64,000 nt of DNA from an uncultured Actinomycetota bacterium (GTDB lineage: Bacteria > Actinomycetota > Actinomycetes > Propionibacteriales > Nocardioidaceae), in the NCBI GenBank assembly GCA_963781745.1, contig CAWAHH010000015.1:2281-66280 (forward strand), written 5' to 3'. Positions 37,437 to 48,675 of this stretch are shown here, piece by piece. The notes below the pieces were generated by a model. That model made no database searches, was not told the DNA's origin, and saw only the letters and a program-made list of their open reading frames with translations. Position numbers and translations under genes: made by a program. Each line of letters opens with the position of its first letter. Within the stretch, counting starts at the first letter, position 1.

Positions 37437-38255
37437 TCAGCTCTTCTCGACGTCGACCTCGGTGACCGGGTTGTCCGGCGTGGTCGCGTCGTGGGGCACG
37501 TCGGCGGCGTCGGAGGCGGCCTCGGCCGGGTCGGAGGCGGCCACGTCGTCGGCGACGTCGGCCACGTCGGCACGGTGCGACCCCGAGCCCGCGGCCTCGA
37601 CCGGTCCGCCCGAGGGCTTGTCGGCGGGCGCCGGCGGCGGGGTGTACGACGACTGCCAGCTCGTCGTGGGCTGCTTGGAGCCGAGCCTGCGGGAGATCGC
37701 GAACACGGCGCCGCCGAGCCCGAGCACGATCAGCAGCCGGCGTACGCGGTGCTTCTTCTTCGGCGCCTCGACCTCGCCCTTGAGGGCGGCGGCGACGGCC
37801 TTGCCGCGCTTCTTGGTCTCGCCGCGCACGTCCTCGGTGGCCTCCTCGACGGCGGCCAGCGCGGCCGTGACCACGGGGAGCACGTCGCTGGTGAACCTGT
37901 CGCGGGCGTCGGAGACGAGCGGAGCGGCCTTGTCGCGGGCGTCGGAGAGCACCGGGGCGGCCTTGCCGCGCGCGTCGGCGATCACGGGAGCCGCCTTGGC
38001 GTAGGCGTCCGCGAACCCGTGGCCCGCGCGGTCGCGGGCGTCGGCGAGGACGGGGGCGGCCTTGTCGCGGGCGTCGGCGAGGCTGTGGCCGGCGCGGTCA
38101 CGGGCGTCGGCCAGCACGGGCGCGGCCTTCGCCGCCGCTCCGGCGAGCACCGGGGCCGCCTTGTCGCGGGCGCTCTCCACGCGCGGCGCGAGGGTGTCCG
38201 CCAGGTCGCCGGCCTGGCTGCGCAGCTGCTCGCGCACCGTCTTCTTCTTGCCCAT
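37437..38255 (-). CDS. Membrane-anchored protein with 11-aa helical repeats (positional CwsA analogue)
   Basis: Repeated ADARDKAAPVL; one TM segment; acidic tail; divergent from ppiA. Confidence 0.75.
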   Translation of the reverse strand: MGKKKTVREQLRSQAGDLADTLAPRVESARDKAAPVLAGAAAKAAPVLADARDRAGHSLADARDKAAPVLADARDRAGHGFADAYAKAAPVIADARGKAAPVLSDARDKAAPLVSDARDRFTSDVLPVVTAALAAVEEATEDVRGETKKRGKAVAAALKGEVEAPKKKHRVRRLLIVLGLGGAVFAISRRLGSKQPTTSWQSSYTPPPAPADKPSGGPVEAAGSGSHRADVADVADDVAASDPAEAASDAADVPHDATTPDNPVTEVDVEKS

Positions 38256-38520
38256 GGTCGAGAGGTCCTCTCTTGGTCCTGATGCCGCCCGTCCGGCTCA
38301 CTCATGCCCGTTCTGCTCCCGATCATGCCGGGTGCGGCACGCGGAGGTGAAGCCGCCCCCCGGAGGGATGAGACGGGGTTGGGCCTCGTGGGAGGATCGT
38401 CCCCGGTGCCGTTCCCCGCCCGAGCCGGTCCCGCGCACAGACGTGGGAGCGCCGGTCCGGGCCCGGCACCCCGACGGCCCAGCGACGAGTCTGGGTCGAC
38501 CCGATCAGGAAGGCGGCGCG

Positions 38521-39042
38521 GTGTCCGAGACCTACGCGACGTTGAAGACCAACCGGGGTGACATCGTCATCCACCTGTTCCCCAACCACGCGCCCAAGAC
38601 CGTGGAGAACTTCGTCGGCCTCGCCGAGGGCACCAAGGACTACGCGGTGCCGGGCTCCGACAAGAAGTCCCCGGCGCCGTTCTACGACGGCCTCGGCTTC
38701 CACCGGATCATCGACGGGTTCATGATCCAGGGCGGCTGCCCGCTCGGCACCGGCACCGGCGGTCCGGGCTACCAGTTCAAGGACGAGTTCCACCCCGAGC
38801 TCCAGTTCGACCGCCCCTACCTGCTGGCGATGGCGAACGCCGGGCCCGGCACCAACGGCTCGCAGTTCTTCATCACCGTCGGGGCGACCCCCTGGCTCAA
38901 TAACCGGCACACGATCTTCGGCGAGGTCGAGGACGCGGAGTCCCAGGCCGTCGTCGACGCGATCGCGACCACGAAGACCGGCGCGGGCGACCGTCCCGCC
39001 GAGCCGGTCGTCTTCGAGTCGGTCCAGGTCGAGAGGCGCTGA
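38521..39042 (+). CDS. ppiA: Cyclophilin-type peptidyl-prolyl isomerase
   Basis: FHRIIDGFMIQGG; AMANAGPGTNGSQFFIT. Confidence 0.95.
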   Translation: MSETYATLKTNRGDIVIHLFPNHAPKTVENFVGLAEGTKDYAVPGSDKKSPAPFYDGLGFHRIIDGFMIQGGCPLGTGTGGPGYQFKDEFHPELQFDRPYLLAMANAGPGTNGSQFFITVGATPWLNNRHTIFGEVEDAESQAVVDAIATTKTGAGDRPAEPVVFESVQVERR

Positions 39043-39048
39043 GCAGCG

Positions 39049-39954
39049 CTGAGCACACCGTCGCAGCCGCAGGCCGGAGCCTCCCCCGAGGAGGCTCCGG
39101 TCTGCTATCGGCACACCGACCGCGAGGCCCACATCCGCTGCCAGCGCTGCGGCCGGCGGATCTGCCCCGACTGCATGCGCCCCGCCGCGGTCGGCTTCCA
39201 GTGCCCCTCGTGCGTTTCCGAGGGCGCCCGCTCCACGCGCAGCGGGCGGACGCCGTACGGCGGTCTCCGTTCGGGCAACCCGCAGCTGACCTCGATGGTG
39301 CTGATCGGGATCAACGTCGCGGTGTGGCTGCTCATCGCGGCGACGGGCGGGCGGGGCAGCGCCCTGATCGACCAGCTCGCGCTGATGCCGCAGGGCGCGC
39401 TCTTCAGGCTCCGCGACGGCGGGGTCGTGCAGCTCACCGGCGTCGCCGACGGCGCCCCGTGGCAGCTCGTCACGTCGGTGTTCACCCACGTCCAGCTGTG
39501 GCACATCGGCTTCAACATGCTGGCCCTGTGGGTCCTCGGGCCGCAGCTCGAGCTCGCCATCGGCCGCACCCGCTTCCTGGCGCTCTACCTCGTGTCGGGC
39601 CTGGCCGGAAGCGCGTGCGTGATGTGGTTCTCCGCCGTGCACGGCCAGACGCTGGGCGCCTCCGGCGCGATCTTCGGCCTGATGGGCGCGCTGCTGGTGC
39701 TGGCGCTCAAGGTCGGCGGTGACGTGCGCGGGGTGGCCACCTGGATCGGGATCAACTTCGTGATCACGTTCCTCTTCGGCAGCTTCATCTCCTGGCAGGG
39801 CCACCTCGGCGGCTTCATCGGCGGCCTGCTGCTCGGCGGGGTGCTGGTGTACGCGCCCCGCAAGAACCGTGCCCTGGTCCAGGCCCTCGGCGTCGTCGCG
39901 GTCGCGGCCGTCGTCGCGGTCGCCATCGTGGCCCGCGTCGCCGTGCTCGCCTGA
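39049..39954 (+). CDS. Rhomboid intramembrane protease with N-terminal B-box-like Zn finger
   Basis: CYRH..CQRCGRRICPDC; HIGFNM; GASGA; GHLGG; start appears to be CTG at 39049. Confidence 0.9.
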   Translation: MSTPSQPQAGASPEEAPVCYRHTDREAHIRCQRCGRRICPDCMRPAAVGFQCPSCVSEGARSTRSGRTPYGGLRSGNPQLTSMVLIGINVAVWLLIAATGGRGSALIDQLALMPQGALFRLRDGGVVQLTGVADGAPWQLVTSVFTHVQLWHIGFNMLALWVLGPQLELAIGRTRFLALYLVSGLAGSACVMWFSAVHGQTLGASGAIFGLMGALLVLALKVGGDVRGVATWIGINFVITFLFGSFISWQGHLGGFIGGLLLGGVLVYAPRKNRALVQALGVVAVAAVVAVAIVARVAVLA

Positions 39955-40043
39955 TCGTCGGTCTCGGCGTTCTGCTCCGGGGTCGGTGCGTGTCGCCCTA
40001 GGCTGGGGATCGGCGTCACCCGGATGACCCCTCGGCCGGTCGG

Positions 40044-40075
40044 TTGTCCACACTGGGGATAAGTGCTGTGGATGG
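40044..40075. promoter_or_regulatory. DnaA-box cluster
   Basis: TTGTCCACA 40044-40052; TGGGGATAA 40054-40062; TGTGGATGG 40067-40075. Confidence 0.6.
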
Positions 40076-40193
40076 AATTCCACCGGTGTCATTCAGTCGA
40101 TGCGGTCCCGGGTGCGTGCGCGTCAGCACCCACCGGCATACCCCCGTCGATCTGGTGGGTGGCGATACCCCCGCTGCTGTGGTGGCGGTGCAG

Positions 40194-40341
40194 GATTACC
40201 AGGGGACCCTGGTGTTCTTGGGGCTGGAGGGTCGGCCGTCCCCCACGCTCGACGTGCACGTCGTGCTTCCCGGGCGAACCGTCGCTTCCCCTGGCATGCA
40301 TGCCTGGGGAAGCGCGTGATTACCAGGGGACCCTGGTAATC
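40194..40341. repeat. REP-like palindromic repeat pair
   Basis: GATTACCAGGGGACCCTGGT 40194-40213 and GATTACCAGGGGACCCTGGTAATC 40318-40341, with an internal hairpin at 40283-40314. Confidence 0.75.
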
Positions 40342-40398
40342 GTGGGGCCACTGGTGCGCAAGCACCGAGCCGCCTGAGCCGCCGAGCGCCGACGGGGG

Positions 40399-40859
40399 CT
40401 ACTCCCAGTGCGTCGCGTAGACGAAGCCGACGGCCATGAAGCCGATCCCGACCACGAGGTTGTACTGGCTCAGGTCGGTGAACGGCTGCACGGTGATGTC
40501 CGAGCCGAGCACGTAGTAGAGGACGATCCAGATCAGGCCGATCAGGAAGCAGCCCAGCATCCCGATCACCACGCCGCGGCCGCGGCCCAGCGGGGTCGAG
40601 GGGTGCGCCGCGACGGCCAGGCCGACGAAGATCAGGCCGAAGCCGATGAGGTAGTTCCACCGGGTCAGGTCGCCCATCCAGGTCAGCGACTTCCCGTCGC
40701 CCGAGGGCCGGCGACCAGGACGTAGACCGTGACCCAGGCGATCCCGAGCAGCACCAGCAGCAGCGCGGCGCCGGTGCGCGGCACCGAGGTGACCGAGGCC
40801 GGGCCGAGCTTGACCTTCCCGGGCCGGCCGGTGCGGCGGGACGAACGAGAGTCGGACAC
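40399..40859 (-). CDS. crgA: Cell division protein CrgA (duplicated-domain form; frameshift near 40690)
   Basis: MLGCFLIGLIWIVLYY; YNLVVGIGFMAVGFVYATHWE; synteny. Confidence 0.88.
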
Positions 40860-41033
40860 GAGTTGCTCCTGCACGGCGGACGACGCGGACGGCGCCGCCC
40901 GCGCAGCACCGCCGGCGGACCGGCGTGTGGGGTGGGCGACTCGGCTACCTTAGTCGGGGGGCACGCCCCCGCACGACAGAACCTCCCAGCGTCCCCGTCC
41001 GGGGCCGCCCGCAGCGCATCCCGGGGGCACGCG

Positions 41034-41848
41034 ATGACCGAGCACCACCAGCACCGTCACCATCGGCAGTCCTGGCGGCGCCGCATGACGGTCGCGGTCT
41101 CGCGGCGAGCGCGCACCTACCGCTCCCGCTCGCTGGCCTGGCGGCTGCTCTCGCCGGCGGCGTTCCTGGTCGCGGGCGCGCTGTTCGTCACCAGCATGGT
41201 CAACTCCGGCGGCACGGACCTGCGCGCCGGACGGTACGACGACCTGGACGGCCTGGCCACCGCGGAGGCGCGCCAGCTCGAGACGCTGCGCAGCACGGCG
41301 GCCGGCCTGACCACCGAGGTCGACCGGCTCTCCGGCACGCTCGGCGCCGCGGCCGACACCACCGCGCAGCGCCGGGCGGACGCGCTCAAGGGCCCCGTCG
41401 GCCTGCTCCCGGCGCACGGGTCCGGGCGTCACCATCACCCTCGACGACGCGCCGGACGACGCGCTCGCGGCCGTCAGCGGCGACGACGTCAGCGACCTGC
41501 TCGTGCACCAGCAGGACATCCAGGCGGTGACCAACGCCCTGTGGGCCGGCGGCGCCGAGGCGATGACGATCAAGGGCCAGCGGGTCGTCTCCACGACCGG
41601 CATCAAGTGCGTCGGCAACACCGTCGTGCTGCACGGCGTGCCCTACTCCCCGCCGTACACCATCTCCGCGATCGGGCCGACCCAGGCGATGCTGACCTCG
41701 GTGACGACGAGCCCCTACATCGAGCTCTACCTCGACGTGGTCCGCGACCACGGCCTCGGCTGGGACGTCGACCTCTCGCCCGCAGCTGGAGCTGCCGGGC
41801 TACACCGGCGCGACCGAGCTGCAGTACGCCCGGCCCGCCGGGAGCTGA
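41034..41848 (+). CDS. DUF881 family protein (frameshifts)
   Basis: VHQQDIQAVTNALWAGGAEAMTIKGQRVVSTTGIKCVGN; YSPPYTISAIG. Confidence 0.88.
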
Positions 41849-41867
41849 GCCCGGCTCAGCCTCCGGT

Positions 41868-43658
41868 TCAGCCCCCGTCGCCGTCCGCGGCGGGCGGCGG
41901 GGTCGACGGGCTCGCCGGCGGGCTCGAGGACGTGCTCGGCGACGGCGACGGCGTCTCGCTGGGCGTCGGGCTCGGCGACGGCGTCTCGAACGCGGAGACC
42001 GTGATCACCACCGTGGTGCCCTGCGGCTGGGTGGTGAACGCCTGCGGGCTCTGCTTGAGCACCGTGCCCTTCTCCGACTCGGTGGTCGAGTCGGTGACCA
42101 CGTCGACCTCGAACCCGGCGTTCTCGAGCTTCGAGCGGGCCGCGGCCTCCTTGAGCCCGACCACGCTCGGGACCTCGCTCGGGCCCGGCGGCGTAGAAGA
42201 TCGTGACGAGGCTGCCCTTGGAGACGCTGGTGGCCGGACTCCGGGTCGGTGTCGACGACGGTGTCCTGCTCCTCGTCGGAGTCACGCTCGACGAGCTTCA
42301 CTTCAGGCCGGCGTCGCGTGACCTTCTGCCGGGCGGTCGTCCTTGTCGTCGCCGATGACGTCGGGCACCACGACGTCGGGCTGCCCGGTCGAGACGGTCA
42401 GGTCGACCGGGTCGTCGGCCGGCAGGGTGCTCAGCGGGTCGGGGTCCTGGGCGATGACGCGGCCCTTCGGGACGTCCTCGGACGCCTCCTGGCTGACCTC
42501 GCCGACGCTGAGGCCGGCCCGCTCGATGCGCCGCTCGGCCTGCGCCTGGGTCAGGTTGACGACCTCGGGGACGGTCTTGTCCTCGGGGCCGGAGTCGAGC
42601 AGCATCGGCCCGAGCACGGCGCCGAGCCCGAGCACGAGCAGCACGCCGATGATCGTCGCGACCAGCGGCCAGCGCTTCGTGCGCGGCTCCTCCGCGGCGG
42701 CGACGGGGCCCGAGAACATCGAGGTCTGCGAGGCGTCCGCGGCCGCGACGGCTGCGGCGGCGGGTACGACGGGCGCGGCGACCGGCTTGCCGGCCAGGTA
42801 GCGCTCGATGTCGGCCCGCATCGCCGCCGCGCTCTGGTAGCGGTCCTCGACGCTCTTGGTCAGCGCCTTCATCACGATCGCGTCGACCTCGGGCGGGAGC
42901 TCGGGGTCGAGGCTCGACGGCGGCGGGGCCGGTCTCGCGGACGTGCTGGTAGGCGACCGAGACCGGGCTCTCGCCGACGAACGGGGGCCGTCCGGTCAGC
43001 AGCTCGTAGAGCAGGCAGCCGGTGGAGTAGACGTCGCTGCGCGAGTCGACGGTCTCGCCGCGGGCCTGCTCGGGGGAGAGGTACTGCGCGGTGCCGACGA
43101 CCGCCGCGGTCTGGGTCATCGTCGAGGACGCGTCGGCGAGCGCCCGCGCGATGCCGAAGTCCATGACCTTCACGTCGCCGCTCGGGGTCAGCATCACGTT
43201 GGCCGGCTTGATGTCGCGGTGCACGATGCCCGGCGCGGTGGCTGTAGTCGAGGGCGGACAGCACGCCCGAGGTGATCTCCAGCGCGCGCTCGGGGAGGAT
43301 CTTGCGACCCTCGCGCAGGATGTCGCGCAGCGTCCGGCCGGCGACGTACTCCATGACGATGTAGGGCTGCGGGACGTCCGAGCCGTCGGTCGACGAGCTC
43401 CTCGCCGGTGTCGTAGACCGAGACGATCGCGGGGTGGTTCAGCGAGGCCGCGGACTGCGCCTCGCGGCGGAAGCGGGCCTGGAAGGTGGGGTCGCTGGCG
43501 AGGTCGGTGCGCAGCCGCTTGATCGCGACGATGCGGCCGAGCCGGATGTCGGTGCCCTTGCGGACCTCCGCCATCCCGCCGCGCCCGAGCAGCTCGCCGA
43601 GCTCGTAGCGTCCGCCGACGCGGTGGCCCCCGCCGCCGGTGGTCCGGTCGTTGCTCAT
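41868..43658 (-). CDS. pknB: PASTA-domain Ser/Thr kinase (several frameshifts)
   Basis: LGRGGMAEV; [10 protein letters not shown]; DFGIARA; [10 protein letters not shown]; TM plus PASTA repeats. Confidence 0.93.
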
Positions 43659-43716
43659 CGCGTCTGCGCCTTCCTCACTGGTGCTGCGTGTGCTGCCTGT
43701 GCCGCCGGGGCGGGCC

Positions 43717-45184
43717 TCACTTGTCGATCACCGCTTCCATCACCCTCTTGGCGATCGGCGCCGCCAGCCCGCTGCCGGAGATCTGGTCGCGCTCCACGCC
43801 CGCGTCCTCGACCAGCACCGCGACCGCGACCTTCGGGTCGTCGGCGGGGGCGAAGGACACGAACCAGGCGTACGGCGGCCGCTCGGGCGAGCTCTGCGCG
43901 GTGCCGGTCTTGCCGGCGACCTTGATGTCGGGGATCTGCGCCGTCGTGCCGGTGCCCTGGTCGACGACCTCGACCATCATCTGGGTCAGGTCGCGGGCGA
44001 CCGACGACGACACCGCGTTGCTGCGGAACGTCTCCGGCGTAGGTCTTGTCGAGCACCGACAGGTCGGGAGCGCGCACCTCGTCGACGACGTAGGGCCGCA
44101 TCACGTCGCCGTCGTTGGCGATCCCGGCGACGACCATCGCCATCTGCAGCGGCGTGGCGGCGACGTCGAACTGGCCGATGGCCGACAGCGCGGTCTGCGG
44201 CTCGTCGGGGTCCTCGGGGAAGCGGCTGCTGACCTGGCCGCCGAGGTCCTCGAGGTAGGTCTGGTCGAAGCCGAGCTTCTCGGCCTGCTGGCGCAGCGCG
44301 TCCGCGCCGAGCCGCAGCCCGATGTCGCCGAAGGACACGTTGCAGGAGACCTCGAGGGCCTGGGTCAGCGTGATCGGGTCGCCGCCGCAGGTGCTGCCGT
44401 TCTCGTTGACCAGATCGGTCGAGGTCTGCGGCAGGTCGAGACGCGGCCCGCCCTTGACCTTGGTGTCGGGGGTGTACTGCCCGCTCGAGAGCGCCGCCGC
44501 GGCCGTCACCAGCTTGAACGTCGAGCCCGGCGGGTAGACCTCCTGGATGCCGCGGTTGAGCAGCGGCTTGTCCCTGTTGGCGTTCAGCGACTTCCAGGCG
44601 TCCTGCACCGCGGTGAAGCGGTGCGAGGCCAGCCGGTTGGGGTCGTACGTCGGGTTGCTGACCATCGCCAGGACCTTGCCCGTCGACGGCTCGATCGCGA
44701 CCACCGAGCCCTCGGTGCCCTTGCCGAGCGCCCGCAGGCCGTCGTAGGCGGCGGTCTGGGCCTTGGGGTCGATGGTCAGCGAGACCGACCCGCCCTTGGG
44801 CTGGCTGTTGCCGATCAGGTCGACCACCCGGTTGACGAACAGCCGCGGGTCGCTGCCGGAGAGGATCTCGTTCTGGCTCGACTCCACCGCGGAGCGGCCG
44901 TAGACGTAGGAGTAGTAGCCGGTGAGCTGGGCGTACTTCCGCGGCTGCCGGTAGACCCGCTGGTAGTTGTAGGGGTCGTCGACCGGGACGCTCTCGGCGA
45001 CGGCGTCCCCGCCCGCGACGATGGCGCCCCGCTTGCGCGAGAACTCCGCGTCGCGCACCCGCTTGTTGTCGGCGCGCGCGTTCAGGTTGCCGGCGTCGAC
45101 GTACTGCAGGTAGGTGCTGTTGAGCAGCAGCGCCGCGAACAGCAGCAGGCAGAAGATCGACATCGTGCGGATCGGCTTGTTCAT
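43717..45184 (-). CDS. pbpA: Class B penicillin-binding protein (frameshift near 44040)
   Basis: PPGSTFK; SCN; KTGTAQ. Confidence 0.93.
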
Positions 45185-46607
45185 CGAGGCCCCGCGGAAG
45201 CGTGACCGGAGTGGCGTCAGCGCAATGCATCACCTGGGTGCCGTCGTCCTCGTCGTCGCGGGTCAGCTCGGGCAGCGGCCGGCGGGCCTGGTCGGAGATC
45301 CGCAGCAGCAGCGCGACGATCGCCCAGTTCGCGACGAGCGAGGACCCGCCGTAGGACAGGAACGGCGTGGTCAGGCCGGTCAGCGGGATGAGCTTGGTGA
45401 CGCCGCCGACGACCACGAACACCTGCAGGGCGAAGACGACGCCGAGGCCGGTGGCGACCAGCTTGCCGAAGGCGTCGCGGCAGACCAGGGCGGTGCGCAG
45501 CGCGCGCTCGACGATGAGGCCGTAGAGCAGCAGCACCGCCATCACGCCGGTCAGACCGAGCTCCTCGCCGATCGAGGCCATGATGAAGTCGGAGAAGCCG
45601 AGCGGCGTGATCGTCGGGTCGCCCTGGCCCAGGCCGCGCCCGATCAGGCCGCCCCACGCCATGCCGTACATCCCCTGGACGAGCTGGTAGGTGTTGTTGT
45701 CCGGGTCGAAGGGGTGCAGCCACGCGTCGACGCGGACCTGGACGTGGCCGAGCAGGAGGTACGCCGTGTAGGCGCCGCCGAGGAACATCGCGCCGCCGAC
45801 CACGAGCCAGCCGGGCCTCTCCGTGGCGACGTAGAGCATCACCAGGAAGAGCCCGAAGAACAGCAGCGAGGAGCCGAGGTCGCGCTGGAAGACCAGGATC
45901 CCGAGGCTGATCAGCCACATCGCCAGGATCGGCCCCAGGTCGCGACCGCGCGGCAGGTCGATGCCGATGACGCGTCGCCCGGCGAGCGCGAGGGCCTCGC
46001 GGTGCAGGACGAGGTAGCCGGCGAAGAACAGCACCAGCAGCACCTTGGCGACCTCGCCGGGCTGGAAGCTGAGCGGGCCGAGGCGGATCCAGATGCGCGA
46101 GCCGTTGATCGTGCGGCCGAGGACCGGCAGCAGCGGCATGAGCAGCAGCACGACCGCCGCGAGGCCCCAGGTGTAGGTGAGCGACTGGAGTCGCCTGTGG
46201 TCGCGGACGACGACGAGCACGATCACGAACAGCACCGCGCCGAGCGTCATCCAGACGAGCTGGCCGCGCGCGAACGGCCCGATCGAGCTGTTCGCAGCCG
46301 CGTAGCCGAGGTCGATGCGGTGGATGACGGCCAGCCCGAGGCCGTTGAGCGCGGCCACGATCGGCAGGAGCACCGGGTCGGCGTACGGCGCGACGAGGCG
46401 CACCACGATGTGGCAGCCGAGGCACAGGGCGGCCAGCCAGCCGCCGTACCCCACGATGTCGGCGGGGACGGTGCCCTCGACGCCGAGGCCGACCGCGGCG
46501 TAGGCGCCGATGCCGACGACGAGGCTGAGCACGAGCAGGAACAGCTCGGCGCCGCGGCGGCGCCGGTGCGTGAACGCGCGCTCGCGCAGGGCGGTGATGG
46601 CGCTCAC
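45181..46607 (-). CDS. rodA: SEDS protein RodA/FtsW (3' end obscured by a frameshift)
   Basis: SFQPGEVAK; QRDLGS; IPLTGLTTPFLSYGGSS. Confidence 0.93.
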
Positions 46608-48163
46608 GGCGTCACCTCGATGCAGTCGGGCGGCGCGAGGGTCGGGCTGGGGCTCGCCGTCGGGGTCGCGGCGGCCGAGGGGCTGCGCGACGGGCTGCTC
46701 GACGGGCCCCTGCCGGCACCGGCGCTCGGCCGGCGGGTGGGCGAGGCGTCTGCCGACCCGCTGGGCGACCTGCTGGCCGATCCAGCGGCCGACGGGGTGG
46801 GGCTCGGCGACGGCGTCGGGCTCGGGCAGACCACCGCCATCTCGGTCAGCCGGCTGATGATCGCGCGCGCGTCGGCGCGGGAGTCGGCCGAGATGCCGGC
46901 GCGGACCTGTGCGGCGAAGGCCTCGGGGAGGGCGGCGATGGTGACGTCGGTGTCCTCGTCGACGTGGCTCATGCTCAGGCCGGGGATCTGCGCGGTGACG
47001 CCACGGTAGATCGCCACGGTGTCGCCGCTGGCGGCGACGTAGTACTGGTCCTGGCTCCAGCGGTAGCCGAGCAGCCCGGCCGCTCCGAGCACGAGCAGCA
47101 GCACCACGAGGAGCGCGACCCGGCGCAGCCAGCGGCCCCGCCGCGGCTCCTGCGGGGCGTAGCGCAGCTCCTCGGGGTCGGCGGGGCGGCCCGGTCGCGC
47201 CGGCGAGTCGTCCTCCTCGCCCGGCACCGGCTCGATCTCGCCGGTGTCGCCGCCGCGGTGGCCGCGGAAGAAGCTCTTGGAGCCCTGGCCGGCCCGGCGC
47301 GGCTGCTCGGCCGCGGCGCCGACCAGCATCGGCCCCGTCGAGGCGGAGGCCAGCGGCTCGGCGTCGGGGTCCTCGGCCGCGTCGTCCTGGTCGGCGGGGA
47401 CGACGTCGGCGACCACGCAGGTGACGTTGTCGGTGCTGCCCGCCTCCAGCGAGGCCCGGATCAGCTCGACGACGGCGTAGTCGACCGACCCGGTGCCGAG
47501 GATGTCGGCGAGGCGGCCGTGGTCGAGCACGCCGGAGGCGCCGTCGCTGCAGAGCAGGATCCGGTCGCCGGGCGCGAGGTCGACGACGAACAGGTCGGGG
47601 TCCGTCTCGTGCACGCCGTCGACCGCACGCAGGATCAGGTTGCGGTGCGGGTGGGTCCGGGACTCCGCCTCGGTGATCCGGCCCTCGTCGATGAGGCTCT
47701 GCACGAAGGTGTGGTCCTTCGTGAGCTGGGAGAGGGTGCCGTCGCGCAGCAGGTAGCCGCGGCTGTCCCCGACGTGCGCGAGCCCGATCCGGTGGCCGTC
47801 GAAGAGCGTCGCGGTGACCGTCGTACTCGTGCCGTCGAGCGCCGGGTCCTGCTCGACGAGCTCGGCGATCCGGTCGTGGGCGCGGTGGATCGCGCCGGCG
47901 AGTGCCTCGAGCAGGTCGCCCGGGACGGGCGCGTCGAGGCGGCGCAGCGCCTGGACGGCCGTGGAGCTCGCGATGTCCCCGCGCGCGGCCCCGCCCACGC
48001 CGTCGGCGATGACGAGCAGCCGCTCGGAGGCGTAGCCGGAGTCCTGGTTGTCCTTGCGGACCCGGCCGACGTCGGACAGGGCGGCATAGCGCAGCCGGAG
48101 CGCCGGGCGCTTGTCCGCGGGGTCGCCGGCGAGGTCCCCGCCGGTGTGGGTCGTGTCGTCCAT
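46604..48163 (-). CDS. pstP: PP2C-family Ser/Thr phosphatase
   Basis: SDVGRVRKDNQD; ADGVGG; HVGDSR; LLCSDG; DNVT; TM and Pro/Ser tail. Confidence 0.93.
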   Translation of the reverse strand: MDDTTHTGGDLAGDPADKRPALRLRYAALSDVGRVRKDNQDSGYASERLLVIADGVGGAARGDIASSTAVQALRRLDAPVPGDLLEALAGAIHRAHDRIAELVEQDPALDGTSTTVTATLFDGHRIGLAHVGDSRGYLLRDGTLSQLTKDHTFVQSLIDEGRITEAESRTHPHRNLILRAVDGVHETDPDLFVVDLAPGDRILLCSDGASGVLDHGRLADILGTGSVDYAVVELIRASLEAGSTDNVTCVVADVVPADQDDAAEDPDAEPLASASTGPMLVGAAAEQPRRAGQGSKSFFRGHRGGDTGEIEPVPGEEDDSPARPGRPADPEELRYAPQEPRRGRWLRRVALLVVLLLVLGAAGLLGYRWSQDQYYVAASGDTVAIYRGVTAQIPGLSMSHVDEDTDVTIAALPEAFAAQVRAGISADSRADARAIISRLTEMAVVCPSPTPSPSPTPSAAGSASRSPSGSADASPTRRPSAGAGRGPSSSPSRSPSAAATPTASPSPTLAPPDCIEVTP

Positions 48164-48177
48164 CCGGGCGCCGAGAC

Positions 48178-48675
48178 CTATTTCCTCAGCTCGAGGGTGG
48201 TCTTCCCGATCCGCACGGCCGCGCCGAGCTGGAGGGCCGTCGGCTGGGTCAGGCGGTGCGAGCCCATGTAGGTGCCGTTGGTCGAGCCGAGGTCCTCGAC
48301 GAACCACTGGTCGCCCGAGCTCGCGATGCGGGCGTGCCGGGTGGAGACGTAGTCGTCGTCGAGGCGGATCGCCGCGTCGGACCCGCGTCCGATGAGCAGG
48401 GGCGCGTTGTCGAGGGAGATGGTCTCGCCGGCGTTGGCGCCCTCGACGATCGCGACGTGGGTCGGCGCGCCGCGGGGCGGCTTCCGGCCGGCCTTGGGAC
48501 GCCCGCGGGCGGCCTGCTTCTGGGCCTGCTTCTCGGCGCGGCGGTCCGCTCGCGGGGTGGAGTCGATGCGGGCGCCGAACATGTCCGACCGGACCACCGA
48601 GATCGCCGAGAGCACGAAGATCCAGAGGATGGCGAGATAGGCGAACCGGATCAGCATCAGGGTCAGCTCAGACAC
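48178..48675 (-). CDS. fhaB: FHA domain protein FhaB/FipA
   Basis: N-terminal TM; IGRG..DDDYVSTRHA; DLGSTNGT. Confidence 0.93.
   Translation of the reverse strand: MSELTLMLIRFAYLAILWIFVLSAISVVRSDMFGARIDSTPRADRRAEKQAQKQAARGRPKAGRKPPRGAPTHVAIVEGANAGETISLDNAPLLIGRGSDAAIRLDDDYVSTRHARIASSGDQWFVEDLGSTNGTYMGSHRLTQPTALQLGAAVRIGKTTLELRK

Noticed and set aside
40194-40341. CRISPR array
   Set aside because: Only two units with a ~100-bp spacer and no cas genes.
43658-43717. Missing pknA between pbpA and pknB
   Set aside because: A single kinase at this locus is common outside Corynebacteriales.
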